Made by a program: the position numbers and the translations under genes. Below the pieces are notes generated by a model. That model ran no database searches, was not told where the DNA came from, and saw nothing but the letters and a program-made list of their open reading frames with translations. Positions 46,216 through 56,119 of a stretch of DNA of 64,000 bases are shown here, piece by piece. Positions within the stretch are counted from its first letter, which is position 1; every line of letters begins with the position of its first letter. The stretch spans positions 280,084 to 344,083 of IMG/VR virus record IMGVR_UViG_3300042308_001511. One strand, written 5' to 3'.

Positions 46216-46548
46216 ATGAGAAATTTTTTGATTTTGGTTTTACTATTGACGGGATGTGCTAGACATCACTCTACTAACTATACTGTTTCGGTAGGGGAAA
46301 AGTTTAGTATAGAACATAGGTCAAATCCGAGTACTGGATATCATTGGGTCGTAGATACGAAGGGTGTTTGTGATATAGACTCTGTCTTATACGTACAGGA
46401 TCCTGCACCGGAAGGTTATTGTGGTGTCGGTGGTGTCGAAACTCACCATTTCACAGCACTTCATCAGGGTATTGATACACTTACCTTTGTTTATATGAGA
46501 GGTGATGATGCCGCCGAGGCTAGGAGGTACACCGTTTGGGTTCGTTAG
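46216..46548 (+). CDS. chagasin-family (I42) cysteine peptidase inhibitor lipoprotein
   Basis: Lipobox LLLTGC; SNPSTGYHW and GVGGVE motifs; TATATATA at 46204. Confidence 0.85.
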   Translation: MRNFLILVLLLTGCARHHSTNYTVSVGEKFSIEHRSNPSTGYHWVVDTKGVCDIDSVLYVQDPAPEGYCGVGGVETHHFTALHQGIDTLTFVYMRGDDAAEARRYTVWVR

Positions 46549-46787
46549 ACTCCCAGTTCGGCTAGCTTCGCCTCACGTTCTATTTTAGTATTGAGTTCGA
46601 TGTCCATAAATATTCTTTCCCAGTATACGTGACCTTCGTTTGTCATTGTCCAATTCAGTGTGCTACTTATGAAAATACGGAACGTGTCGAACTCGTGCTC
46701 CCTCCAAATCAAATTAGAAGTATGGTTACCGATCCATTTTTCTCGTATGTCTTCGGGCATCGCGTCTATGTAGTGTCCGCCATTCAT
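46545..46787 (-). CDS. small protein with C-tag
   Basis: Ends REAKLAELGV, convergent with + gene. Confidence 0.8.
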   Translation of the reverse strand: MNGGHYIDAMPEDIREKWIGNHTSNLIWREHEFDTFRIFISSTLNWTMTNEGHVYWERIFMDIELNTKIEREAKLAELGV

Positions 46788-47038
46788 ATACCCAGTTCGT
46801 TTAGTTTCTTATCTCTGTTTGGCCAAACATTCAACTTATCACATAAGTCGTGGAGTTCTTTAATATCTTCATCACTTACTATCCAACCAGCACCAGACGC
46901 CTTCAAACCATGTTTATAAAGAACAACATCTGGAGTATCCCCGTGTAGACCTGGATAACTTACGTCATAGTCTGTATGTTGTCTATCTCTAACAGCTGCA
47001 CATCCAATTCGTATATCGAGAAAATATCTATCTTTCAT
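46784..47038 (-). CDS. small protein with C-tag
   Basis: Ends RDKKLNELGI. Confidence 0.85.
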   Translation of the reverse strand: MKDRYFLDIRIGCAAVRDRQHTDYDVSYPGLHGDTPDVVLYKHGLKASGAGWIVSDEDIKELHDLCDKLNVWPNRDKKLNELGI

Positions 47039-47271
47039 ATACCTATGTTTTTTAGTCTCATTTCTCTTGCTTCTTTCATTGTGACGAATCTGTCTGATGT
47101 GTAGACAATCTCTTCACCGTTGTCGTTGATGACTGCAACGTCGGTCTGTACTCCTTCGTGTTTCTCGTAAAGGTCGTCCTCGGATTCGTATACCTTTCCG
47201 ATGGTAAGGCTCTGTGTTTTGTCACTGAGTAGTGATGGACCGTTCCATATACACACTACTTTGTTTTTCAT
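47035..47271 (-). CDS. family-B small protein with C-tag
   Basis: MKNKVVCI...LTIGKVYE...REMRLKNIGI. Confidence 0.85.
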   Translation of the reverse strand: MKNKVVCIWNGPSLLSDKTQSLTIGKVYESEDDLYEKHEGVQTDVAVINDNGEEIVYTSDRFVTMKEAREMRLKNIGI

Positions 47272-47537
47272 ATTCCTAAATCGTTTAGTTTTCTTTCTCT
47301 CAACTCTCTTAATGTTCCAAAATGTTTTTTGTTGAATGGCCATAGAAATGCACCAACCTTTACCAAAAATCTGTTCTGTGGTGACCATTCGTCGAGGTAC
47401 TCACCAATATAACTATAATAACATTCACCTTCTTTTACTTCGATGTTTCCTAAATCAATATGTATCATAGACATATCTTTTAGACAATAGACTTCTTCGT
47501 ACAATTTGTCTTTTACTATAGGTGCTAAAAAACTCAT
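47268..47537 (-). CDS. small protein with C-tag
   Basis: Ends RERKLNDLGI. Confidence 0.8.
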   Translation of the reverse strand: MSFLAPIVKDKLYEEVYCLKDMSMIHIDLGNIEVKEGECYYSYIGEYLDEWSPQNRFLVKVGAFLWPFNKKHFGTLRELRERKLNDLGI

Positions 47538-47830
47538 ATTCCAATCTCTTTTAGTTTAATTTCTCTGAATAATGGCAGTAACCATTTCTCGTAGGAGTAC
47601 GCCTCTTCTTCCACGAAGTCTCTCATTATTAAGTCGTAGAACTTATCTTTGATTGGTTCGAAGAAGTCCAACACCTCAATCTCGTGTCGATCCTCGTACA
47701 CCTTCATCTTACAGAATACCGTTCCAGTGCGTACGTTGTATAGCGTAAAGATTCTGTGTCTTGGAATATAGTGAACCTCTCTTTGCTTGCTGAAGAACTT
47801 CATCTCATTTCCTTCGTTGATCCATCTCAT
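47534..47830 (-). CDS. small protein with C-tag
   Basis: Ends REIKLKEIGI. Confidence 0.85.
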   Translation of the reverse strand: MRWINEGNEMKFFSKQREVHYIPRHRIFTLYNVRTGTVFCKMKVYEDRHEIEVLDFFEPIKDKFYDLIMRDFVEEEAYSYEKWLLPLFREIKLKEIGI

Positions 47831-47843
47831 ATTCCAATCTCTT

Positions 47844-48074
47844 TTAGTTTATTCCTAAATCATCTAGCACTTTTCCTCTGTCCTCTGCGATCCTCTTTGT
47901 TATGAGTTCGTCAATGAACCTGATCCACCTCTTTATGTAGGCGTCTGGTGGTGCTTGTTGTGCACCAGTGAGCATCGTCCTCAGCTCGTAAGTGCTGAGA
48001 TCTGAAAGGAAAACGATTTTGCCCGCTAGTTGTAAGGTCGAGAACTCAGAACATAAGTCCATATATGTCTTCAT
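47844..48074 (-). CDS. small protein with C-tag
   Basis: Ends RGKVLDDLGIN. Confidence 0.75.
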   Translation of the reverse strand: MKTYMDLCSEFSTLQLAGKIVFLSDLSTYELRTMLTGAQQAPPDAYIKRWIRFIDELITKRIAEDRGKVLDDLGIN

Positions 48075-48175
48075 AATATTCCAATATTGTTTAGTTTCCT
48101 GTCGCGGATGGCCAGGTTCGGTACTGTCTTCTCGTCACCTGGAAGTCTGTGTAAATGTATTATCCTTTGTTTCAT
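48071..48175 (-). CDS. 34-aa microprotein with C-tag (not in ORF track)
   Basis: MKQRIIHLHRLPGDEKTVPNLAIRDRKLNNIGIL*; ATGA overlaps at both ends. Confidence 0.7.
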   Translation of the reverse strand: MKQRIIHLHRLPGDEKTVPNLAIRDRKLNNIGIL

Positions 48176-48393
48176 ATTCCTATCTCTTTCAGTTTTTTCT
48201 GCCTACATTCGTCGAGTGGTATAAATAAATTTTTAGGGTATGTGTTGAATGCACCTAGATCGTTCCTCAGTGAGTAGTTGTTGTGTTGGTCTATTGTTGC
48301 TTCGTAGACTTTACCCACTGTAAGTTTTAGTAATCTCGAAAGTGGATTGGTAGTTTCATCGAGAAATCTATTGGATATGCACATCAGTTTCAT
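48172..48393 (-). CDS. family-B small protein with C-tag
   Basis: MKLMCIS...LTVGKVYE...RQKKLKEIGI. Confidence 0.85.
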   Translation of the reverse strand: MKLMCISNRFLDETTNPLSRLLKLTVGKVYEATIDQHNNYSLRNDLGAFNTYPKNLFIPLDECRQKKLKEIGI

Positions 48394-48641
48394 ATACCTA
48401 TTTGTTTTAGTTTCCTTTCTCTTAGACTTTCCCTAAGGAACGCAGAATATTTACGTTCACTATACAATATACCATTAAAGTAAATGTTTTTTGAATGATC
48501 CAGATAGTCAATCAGTCTTTTTAGTTCGTACATTCCGTGCATCGAAATTTTACCATCTTCGTCTTTGAAGAATATCCATTTTTCGATCTCTAAGTTTTTC
48601 ATTATTATGTACTTCCCATCGAAGCCGATTGTTTCGTCCAT
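48390..48641 (-). CDS. small protein with C-tag
   Basis: Ends RERKLKQIGI. Confidence 0.85.
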   Translation of the reverse strand: MDETIGFDGKYIIMKNLEIEKWIFFKDEDGKISMHGMYELKRLIDYLDHSKNIYFNGILYSERKYSAFLRESLRERKLKQIGI

Positions 48642-48642
48642 A

Positions 48643-48975
48643 TTATATCCCTATTTTTCTTATCTGTATCTCCCTTACTGCCGCTCTTAGTGAACTCTTG
48701 ATTGGTTCCTCGAAGTTCTTTATTTTTATTACGTCTCGTTGTCCGAGATTTTCCTTATCGTATACCTCATCACCGATGACATCCCTTGTCACACCGCACT
48801 CCTCGTCGAGTATTGGCTCGGTCACTATGTGGTGAAACCTAATATCATCACCGTCAACCTCTATACCAGTAATAAACACGTTCATCGCCATCTTCTCGTG
48901 AATCGGAAGGTGTTTGTTAGTCTCGTAGATGTGTGTTCTTATTATGAAATTGTCTTCCTCGTCTGTGTGTATCAT
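48643..48975 (-). CDS. small protein with C-tag
   Basis: Ends REIQIRKIGI. Confidence 0.8.
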   Translation of the reverse strand: MIHTDEEDNFIIRTHIYETNKHLPIHEKMAMNVFITGIEVDGDDIRFHHIVTEPILDEECGVTRDVIGDEVYDKENLGQRDVIKIKNFEEPIKSSLRAAVREIQIRKIGI

Positions 48976-49220
48976 ATTCCTAGTTCTTTAAGTTTTTGTT
49001 CTCTTACCTCTTGTATGTCTCTGAAGTGTTCAGCGTCGTACTTCCTAAACTTTCCGTCTTCACACTTCACTACATAAGATGGTTTTCCTGGTTTGTATGT
49101 ATTTGGATCGTATGTGGTTGGTGTTAGTTCGTATTCATAAATATTACCATATATAAGTATGTATTCGTAACCACCACGATGTTTTGGTATACTTAAATCT
49201 ATTTTAGACTGACATTTCAT
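48972..49220 (-). CDS. family-B small protein with C-tag
   Basis: LIYGNIYE...VKCEDG...REQKLKELGI. Confidence 0.85.
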   Translation of the reverse strand: MKCQSKIDLSIPKHRGGYEYILIYGNIYEYELTPTTYDPNTYKPGKPSYVVKCEDGKFRKYDAEHFRDIQEVREQKLKELGI

Positions 49221-49483
49221 ATTCCTAGTTCGTTTAGTCTTTGGTTTCTACAAAGTGGTAACAACTCAGTAAAGTCCTTACTGAGTCTTCGCATAATTTT
49301 GTTGCGGTGTATAGACCTGTCGAGGTCCCAAGTTGTGTAGGACCCTATATTCATTATCTTTATAGTGTAGTGACCGGTCTCGGCTTTGTCGTGACAGATT
49401 ACGGTAGGTGTGACACCCATTCGCTTATACATCATTAGATGATCTACTATGTTCGCTGTTATGTCGTCAAGATTGTACCTCAT
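49217..49483 (-). CDS. small protein with C-tag
   Basis: Ends RNQRLNELGI; -7 box at 49490. Confidence 0.85.
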   Translation of the reverse strand: MRYNLDDITANIVDHLMMYKRMGVTPTVICHDKAETGHYTIKIMNIGSYTTWDLDRSIHRNKIMRRLSKDFTELLPLCRNQRLNELGI

Positions 49484-49518
49484 ATTCTACGAATATAAGG
49501 AATTTTTAATGATTGATG

Positions 49519-50226
49519 TTATGTTTCGAACCTGGCTTTCATAGTCAGGTAATTTTTGTAAATTTCTTCATCTGTTAATATCCTTTCGTATATTCTAAAG
49601 TTGGATATGTCACCTTTGAATGGATAGGGGTTGTTAAAATACCAATTACCCATTATAAGATAGTTATTAACGGATGATGTCAACGGTTGAGTCATTGTTC
49701 CTGCTGGCCATGTCTGAGTGTTTATTAGAAAGCCGTTGACGTAAATTTTTGCATTTGCTGTAGTTGCGACTAGGTTGTACTCAACCGTACACGTAACGTT
49801 ATACCATGTATTGTTACTGAAAGTAACACCTGAATAAAGACTCTTCTGTGAATTTGATCCGTTGTTTGTGTAGTATGAGAAATGAAACTCACCGTTTGGA
49901 CGGAATCCTAAGTATGGTACATAAAATCCCCAGACTATATTGTATGCACTCACACTCTCCTGTCTATTGAACCAAACATCAAATGTTCTCGAATTTGTCG
50001 AGAATATGTTCTCATTATTCGATGCAGAACTTCCTAAGTTACCATCGAAAGTCAAAACACCTGCATTATTTGGATTGTAAGTGGCACCAGATAAAGATAG
50101 TGTTTGTCGTTTACGTGTAAGGTCTGCCCATCCATTTGTTGTATTAACAAATGAACGACTGTTTGCTACATCCAGATATAGTGATAGATTATCAGTTGTT
50201 AGTTTAGGTCCTAGTTGAATCGACAT
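49519..50226 (-). CDS. LamG/concanavalin-A-like jellyroll protein
   Basis: LYLDVAN..SF, WYNVT, KIYVNG, FKGDISNFRIYERILTDEEI. Confidence 0.85.
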   Translation of the reverse strand: MSIQLGPKLTTDNLSLYLDVANSRSFVNTTNGWADLTRKRQTLSLSGATYNPNNAGVLTFDGNLGSSASNNENIFSTNSRTFDVWFNRQESVSAYNIVWGFYVPYLGFRPNGEFHFSYYTNNGSNSQKSLYSGVTFSNNTWYNVTCTVEYNLVATTANAKIYVNGFLINTQTWPAGTMTQPLTSSVNNYLIMGNWYFNNPYPFKGDISNFRIYERILTDEEIYKNYLTMKARFET

Positions 50227-50241
50227 TTCTTTATATTTAGT

Positions 50242-51663
50242 TTAGTATCCGAACCTTGCTTTTTGTGCGTTGTAGTTCTGTAGTATCTCTGAATCGGTGA
50301 GTATCCTTTTGTAAATCTTTAGATTGGATATCTTTCCGTTGAATGGGTATATGCCAGTTGGTCCATAGTTAGCCATTTTTAATCCACCACCTTGGAAAAC
50401 AGAATCTACGGTTCCTGCAGCGGTAGTCAAATTTGTAACAAGTGTACCATTTATGTACATTTTTGCAGTAGATGTTGTTGCTATATCGTCTTGTACCAAT
50501 GTACACACCACGTTGTACCAGGTATTGTCCGAATATGAAATTGGTGAAATTATGGTTCTCTGTTGTGGCACTCCTGCTGCTACGGTAGCAGAGGTTGTGT
50601 ACCACGAGAATAATATTTTATTTAGGTTGGTACTATCTCTGAATGATAGATATGGAAGTAAGTTATTTGAGAAAATCATATTAAACTGGTTTATACTAGA
50701 TGTTCTATTGAACCAAACGTCCCATGTCATTTCGTAGTTTTGTGTGAAAATTGTTGAGGTTGATGCAGAACTTCCTGCAGCACCGTCAAACTTCAAAGTA
50801 CGTGATATATCTGGAGTATAAGACGCACCACTAATTGGAAGAGTTCCGTAGTTTTTTGCCATATCGGTCCATCCGGTTGTAGTATTTATAAATGACCTAG
50901 TATCATTTGCATCTATATAAAAGTTAAGACCTTCTCCAACTATATCATTTTCAAATCTGGTATTTTGTGCATTGTAGTTTTGTAGTATCTCTTCTGCAGT
51001 CAGTGCTTTATTATAAAATCTCGTTTGAGAGAATAATCCTTGCCATGGGTAGTTGTTATCTGTTGCTGCTGTATAACCACCTGCCACTCTGGATACGGTG
51101 AGTTGTGTTGTTGTTGGATTAACCGTTGTTGTTCCAGTTACGTTCGATATATATTTTCCGTTTAGATAAAATTGAATGGTTCTATCTGTTTTTACTACCA
51201 TTGATAATAAACCCCAATTTTTCGACAAATCATAGTTACTAACCGTTGCACCGTAGAAATAGTTGCCACCGGTCTGTCTGAAACTAAATTTCCATTGGCT
51301 TGGTGTACTGACACATGATATCATAACCCATGGCCATGTTGCACCTGGACCACAAAGTGAATTTAGTGAAGTCGTGTTTTCTCTCATTTTGACGGTGAAT
51401 TCCATAGTGTACTCTGACTGGTCTACAAAAACGATGTTATTGGTTGTGGATATCCATGTAGGTGTTCCCACAGTTGCTCCTTTGGTGTCGAAACAACCTA
51501 ACCCCACCGGATTATAACCGATAGTTCCGACTAAAAGTCCAGAATTCCTTCCAGTTAAATCTTTGTAATCAACACCAGTACTAGGGTATGATTTGGTGTT
51601 GGCAGGATCGAGGTAGTATATCAATCCGTCAGTTACTATGCTAGGTCCTATGTTTGTTGCCAT
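50242..51663 (-). CDS. tandem two-domain LamG-like protein
   Basis: Two DGL..Y.D.A....S / F.Y...LT..EILQNYNA units; second unit resembles 49519..50226. Confidence 0.85.
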   Translation of the reverse strand: MATNIGPSIVTDGLIYYLDPANTKSYPSTGVDYKDLTGRNSGLLVGTIGYNPVGLGCFDTKGATVGTPTWISTTNNIVFVDQSEYTMEFTVKMRENTTSLNSLCGPGATWPWVMISCVSTPSQWKFSFRQTGGNYFYGATVSNYDLSKNWGLLSMVVKTDRTIQFYLNGKYISNVTGTTTVNPTTTQLTVSRVAGGYTAATDNNYPWQGLFSQTRFYNKALTAEEILQNYNAQNTRFENDIVGEGLNFYIDANDTRSFINTTTGWTDMAKNYGTLPISGASYTPDISRTLKFDGAAGSSASTSTIFTQNYEMTWDVWFNRTSSINQFNMIFSNNLLPYLSFRDSTNLNKILFSWYTTSATVAAGVPQQRTIISPISYSDNTWYNVVCTLVQDDIATTSTAKMYINGTLVTNLTTAAGTVDSVFQGGGLKMANYGPTGIYPFNGKISNLKIYKRILTDSEILQNYNAQKARFGY

Positions 51664-51666
51664 ATC

Positions 51667-52134
51667 TTAAAAGTAGTCGAAGTTTGATTTATAGTCGTAA
51701 GGATCCATCGTCTTAACATATATATCGGGCCAAAGTCTGTTGAGTTCGTCTATGCTTTCTTCGAGTAGATAGGTTGCCTCTATGTCCATCACCTCCATAT
51801 CGTCCTCGTCTATCATTGTGAGACAAACGCTGACCTCCGGTTCGCCTGCGGCATCTATCGCCTCCTGTATCTCATCATAGTTGTTGATGTCGAACGTGTA
51901 GTCCTCTGGTCTGGTCGAACTATCGAACGATGTGCTGAATATGTACTCGCTACCTCCGTGTTGACTCACCGGATTGTCCACGGTTGCCATAACCATGAGC
52001 GAACCTCCATTGTCGATACTATCGAGTGCTAAGTCGTAGACGTTTTGTATCGCACCCCGTATGTCACTTAGTACGTCGATAGCTTCCTTTCCCTGTGTGG
52101 ACTCGAACGCCTTCCAGCTCTTTATCTTTTTCAT
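51667..52134 (-). CDS. acidic N-tag protein (MKKIKSWKAFES)
   Basis: Coupled to and paralogous with 52131..52580. Confidence 0.8.
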   Translation of the reverse strand: MKKIKSWKAFESTQGKEAIDVLSDIRGAIQNVYDLALDSIDNGGSLMVMATVDNPVSQHGGSEYIFSTSFDSSTRPEDYTFDINNYDEIQEAIDAAGEPEVSVCLTMIDEDDMEVMDIEATYLLEESIDELNRLWPDIYVKTMDPYDYKSNFDYF

Positions 52135-52580
52135 CCTATCCATATCGTTATTCCTTTCCATTCCTCTTTCAACTCGTCTAGTGCTCTTTCTTGTAGTTCC
52201 TCGGTCTTTTCTTGGTCAAAGTTTATTTCTTTTCCAAACCTTGTGTTGGTGTTCTCGGTTAGTAGATAAAACCATACAGCAGGTTTCATTCCTTCTGAAA
52301 GAGCTTGCTCGACCCAATTGACACTATCATACTCAAATACGATGTCACGGTTTTCGTGGTTAATCATACCACTCGCGATTGATGTATTTGGCGTTTTCTC
52401 GTGATAGAGTCCTTCGTGTGGTGAAGGTATTGTCATTGAGTATCCAAGGTATCCATCTTCGTCAATGTGTTCGATGCTAAGCATAAAGACTTGGTTGGTC
52501 AGTTCTCTAAGATCACTCTCCATCTGTTCGAGAAGATTTTTATTGTTCTCAAACATCGCGTACGACTTTATTCTTTTCAT
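52131..52580 (-). CDS. acidic N-tag protein (MKRIKSYAMFEN)
   Basis: TATATATA at 52585-52592. Confidence 0.8.
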   Translation of the reverse strand: MKRIKSYAMFENNKNLLEQMESDLRELTNQVFMLSIEHIDEDGYLGYSMTIPSPHEGLYHEKTPNTSIASGMINHENRDIVFEYDSVNWVEQALSEGMKPAVWFYLLTENTNTRFGKEINFDQEKTEELQERALDELKEEWKGITIWIG

Positions 52581-52611
52581 ACCATATATATAAAATTGCT
52601 ATATTCACGTT

Positions 52612-52935
52612 ATGGATTTCGGATACTACATATTAGACGAACAAAAAAGACCTGTGAAGTGTGACGACTTTTCTAAGGTGGGGAATTTTATGGGTATGTC
52701 TGTCGCTAGGAACTCACACAACGGTGTCGAGGTTTCGACTGTTTTTTTGGTTATGGAACATGGAACTGACGAGTTGGGAAGGCCTCTACTTTTTGAGTCA
52801 ATGGTCTTTGGTGGTCCACATGATGGTATTCAGTTTAGATATTCTACTTGGGAAGATGCCGAAGCTGGTCATGAGTCATTACTATGGGTTTTGACTGAGG
52901 AGAGAGATAAAAAACTTGGTGAGTTGGGTATTTAG
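52612..52935 (+). CDS. small protein with C-tag (only + strand case seen)
   Basis: EVSTVFL...FESMVFGG...RDKKLGELGI. Confidence 0.8.
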   Translation: MDFGYYILDEQKRPVKCDDFSKVGNFMGMSVARNSHNGVEVSTVFLVMEHGTDELGRPLLFESMVFGGPHDGIQFRYSTWEDAEAGHESLLWVLTEERDKKLGELGI

Positions 52936-53153
52936 TCTAATAATGAATTAATTTTTTTATCACGCAAATCTATTTGTACCTTCTTCCAATAATTATCGTG
53001 TATCGAGAATGTGAGATTGTCCTTTCCGTTCCTTATCGTGAAGAACCAAGTGTCACCAATAAGCTGTTCTATCATTACATCCATACCCTCGAAGAAGTTT
53101 ATGTGTACCTCCTCAATCTCACCAAAAACTCCTATTCTATATTTTTCCATCAT
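52932..53153 (-). CDS. small protein with C-tag variant
   Basis: Ends RDKKINSLLD. Confidence 0.8.
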   Translation of the reverse strand: MMEKYRIGVFGEIEEVHINFFEGMDVMIEQLIGDTWFFTIRNGKDNLTFSIHDNYWKKVQIDLRDKKINSLLD

Positions 53154-53182
53154 AAATCGTTTAACTTTTTATATATAGTTGT

Positions 53183-54853
53183 ATGAAAAGATTAATGACG
53201 CGTCAACAATTCTTAAACGAAGCACACATTTACTTCGACGATTACCTGGTAGACACGCTGAGTGAGATAGACAACACGATAGCAAAGAGGCTTCTCGACC
53301 TACACAAGAAACAGCAAGACACGGATATCGCTTTCGCGATGCAGGGCAAGAAAGGTAAAGTCAATATAATAACTTATAAAAAAGCAGCAGAGACGCTACG
53401 TAAGAAGGAGGACGACGTTTTCATAAACGATGTGGCAGATGACGTAGAGGCAGACAAGCCACTCGACGACGACTGGCAGATAAAGTCTTTTAACTTCCTT
53501 AGAGACAATAAAGCAATGACCGCGACCAAAATATCGAGGCTTGTAAACACCCTCTTCCCTAAGGAGTACGAAGACACAGAAGGACAAAAGACACTAAGAG
53601 ACCTGATAGACAAATATGGTGCACTTACCGACGACACAATGAAGTTTGAGGTCGTGAAGGGTGAGGAGGTAAAGAAGTGGTATCTTGAAGACAACTACGA
53701 GACAACAAAGGGAGACCTCGGTGGAAGTTGTATGAGACACGACCGATGTCAGACCTACTTCGACATATACATCAAGAATCCGGACGTGGTCAGCATACTA
53801 ATTTGTCTCGGTGCGAAAGGAACGTTGATAGGAAGAGCACTCATCTGGAACCTGTCGGACAGCAATGATCCGTCGCAGCTGATGGACAGGATTTACTTCA
53901 GAGACGAGAGGGTCAAAGAAAAGTTCATAAGCTACGCAGAGGATAACGATATGGCCTACAAACCCGGAAGGGGTCTGACCAATATCGTCTGGCGTGGAGA
54001 GAGATTCAAAAAATCACCGAAGGTAAAACTCGAAGAGTGGGAGTTCGACGAATATCCGTATATGGACACATTCGCGAAGCTCGACATCGAGGACGGTACA
54101 CTATACAACTCAGAAGACAAGGCCGACGGCTTCTACATACTCACATCCACAGACGGTGGATACCACGAGAGAGAGATTGTCTGGTCAACCTACGAAGACC
54201 AGGAGATAGACGAAGAAGAGGCGGTGTGGAGCGAGCCAATACAGGATTGGGTAAGCAGGGAAAATTCCGTATACGTCAGCACGGACTACGACAGAACAAC
54301 AGGCGATTACCCTAAGGACCACCCGGACATCGTACACATACCGAACGAAGGATATTTTCATATCGACGATACACTATGGAGTGAGTGCATGGAACAAGCG
54401 ATACTCTACTCCGACGCGATAGAAATAGTAGGTCACATCGACGATATGGAGGCAGACTCGTTTGGACACGAGATTGACTATGTCGATAGATCGAAAAAAC
54501 TCGTAATCTGGCGGGATATGCTCTGTGCGAACTGGCTGAGGTACCTAATAGACAATGATATCTGGGACGAGAAGCCGTTCCTCGACGACGACGTGGTAAA
54601 GGTAGAGAACGGAAAGTACTACCTAGTCGACTGGTCAATCGTCGCTTACGAGACCGAGAAGGGGCAGCTTTCATTCAAGCATTGTCAGGTTCTCAACATT
54701 AACAACGATGGACTTAAAGAGGTTATGACTGACACGCCTAGTTACTACTGGAACTTGAAATCAGAGATAAAAAAAGAATTAATCTCGGCACTCAAAGGTA
54801 AAGATGATAAAGAGGTAGAGAAGATTGAGAAGTGGATACTAAATACCCAATAG
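53183..54853 (+). CDS. large acidic protein with N-tag-like start (MKRLMTRQQFLNE)
   Basis: 556 aa; GSCMRH...GRALIW...MDRIY core; TATATATA at 53170. Confidence 0.85.
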   Translation: MKRLMTRQQFLNEAHIYFDDYLVDTLSEIDNTIAKRLLDLHKKQQDTDIAFAMQGKKGKVNIITYKKAAETLRKKEDDVFINDVADDVEADKPLDDDWQIKSFNFLRDNKAMTATKISRLVNTLFPKEYEDTEGQKTLRDLIDKYGALTDDTMKFEVVKGEEVKKWYLEDNYETTKGDLGGSCMRHDRCQTYFDIYIKNPDVVSILICLGAKGTLIGRALIWNLSDSNDPSQLMDRIYFRDERVKEKFISYAEDNDMAYKPGRGLTNIVWRGERFKKSPKVKLEEWEFDEYPYMDTFAKLDIEDGTLYNSEDKADGFYILTSTDGGYHEREIVWSTYEDQEIDEEEAVWSEPIQDWVSRENSVYVSTDYDRTTGDYPKDHPDIVHIPNEGYFHIDDTLWSECMEQAILYSDAIEIVGHIDDMEADSFGHEIDYVDRSKKLVIWRDMLCANWLRYLIDNDIWDEKPFLDDDVVKVENGKYYLVDWSIVAYETEKGQLSFKHCQVLNINNDGLKEVMTDTPSYYWNLKSEIKKELISALKGKDDKEVEKIEKWILNTQ

Positions 54854-55174
54854 TTGATCTATTCTACTATTTCTTAATTCTATACGATTCTCTATAAATG
54901 AACTTAGGTTTGAACTCGAACATATTATACCACGTTCGTCGGTGAAGATGTACTTCCATTTATAGTTACCTTCTCGTTGGACTATGAAGACCACTATGGC
55001 ATCGTATATCACACCACATCGCATTGATATTATTTTACCATTTTTTTGGTTTACGTACATATTTTTTTTGACCATTATTCTGACCTGCTCTGCCTCAGTG
55101 TTCAGTGTCATGCTTCGATTCCAGTATTTCAGATCTGCAGTATGTTGCTTCTCTGGCCTTATTTTATACATCAT
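54839..55174 (-). CDS. small protein with C-tag
   Basis: Ends RNSRIDQLLGI. Confidence 0.75.
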   Translation of the reverse strand: MMYKIRPEKQHTADLKYWNRSMTLNTEAEQVRIMVKKNMYVNQKNGKIISMRCGVIYDAIVVFIVQREGNYKWKYIFTDERGIICSSSNLSSFIENRIELRNSRIDQLLGI

Positions 55175-55428
55175 TTAAGTATTTCGTTAAGTTTGTCTTC
55201 TCTTCTTTCCCAGTCCTCTGTTTTGTTGGTGTACATCCAATCCCCTGCTATGATCACCTCTTTTCTTTTACAACAAATGCACCTTCTTATTTCCCGTTCA
55301 AAGGGTTGATCTATGTGATTTGTTCTCCACCTCGTAATGTATTTTGGAAAAGTGGATCTCAGTGTTATATTTGCTTTGTAATGTTCCCATATATGGAAAC
55401 CGAACTTACATTTTATTTTCTGTATCAT
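55171..55428 (-). CDS. small Cys/His protein with C-tag variant
   Basis: CKFGFHIW...RRCICC; ends REDKLNEILK. Confidence 0.8.
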   Translation of the reverse strand: MIQKIKCKFGFHIWEHYKANITLRSTFPKYITRWRTNHIDQPFEREIRRCICCKRKEVIIAGDWMYTNKTEDWERREDKLNEILK

Positions 55429-55799
55429 TTAAGTACTTTTTCGAGTGCCTCATCTCTAAGCTCGGCCTTTATGTATGATAGTGTCGCGTCGAGACCAATC
55501 TCTTTACGCATATCCATATACCTTTTGAATTCCCTTATGTTCACACAGTTGATTGTGAACTCCCTCTCGTAGTCGTTCCGATATGTGGTCATCCATATTT
55601 TTGCGGCGCTGGGTATGAAGTGGTTTTGGCAGAGTATCATATAAAACTCTCCCGAGAATTTTCGTAACATGTCCGTTATCTGTCGCATGTCGTGCACCCT
55701 CCATATTTGTGGATGTGGGAGTATTGGATTCTGCCCACCGAATGTCATTGCGACAATCAGATTCCTATTCCGTCTAATGCGTTTTGTCTTTTCCATCAC
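55425..55799 (-). CDS. hypothetical protein with C-tag variant
   Basis: Ends RDEALEKVLK. Confidence 0.8.
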   Translation of the reverse strand: MMEKTKRIRRNRNLIVAMTFGGQNPILPHPQIWRVHDMRQITDMLRKFSGEFYMILCQNHFIPSAAKIWMTTYRNDYEREFTINCVNIREFKRYMDMRKEIGLDATLSYIKAELRDEALEKVLK

Positions 55800-56119
55800 T
55801 CAATACCGAGATTGATTAATCTTTCCTCTCTTAGGTACTTTTCCCAATCCTTGAACTCGTTAATCATCGTAGTGAGACCTCTTCGATATCCCTCCATTTC
55901 GAGTGCGTTCAGTGTGAAACCGTTCTCTTTGTAGTCGTCAATCGTTTGGTTCGCAGACTCGAGTTCTCGATTTAGTTCGTGCATCACTGCTTCGTAGTGT
56001 TTCTTATAACGGAGTTCCTCGTTGTCGTTCAGTTTTTCATTGACCATTGACTCGACCATCTGATTGAGTTTCTTTGCAATTATTCTTATCTCTTCTTGCT
56101 CTATGTTTATTTTTTCCAT
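55796..56119 (-). CDS. coiled-coil protein with C-tag
   Basis: Ends REERLINLGIE. Confidence 0.8.
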   Translation of the reverse strand: MEKINIEQEEIRIIAKKLNQMVESMVNEKLNDNEELRYKKHYEAVMHELNRELESANQTIDDYKENGFTLNALEMEGYRRGLTTMINEFKDWEKYLREERLINLGIE

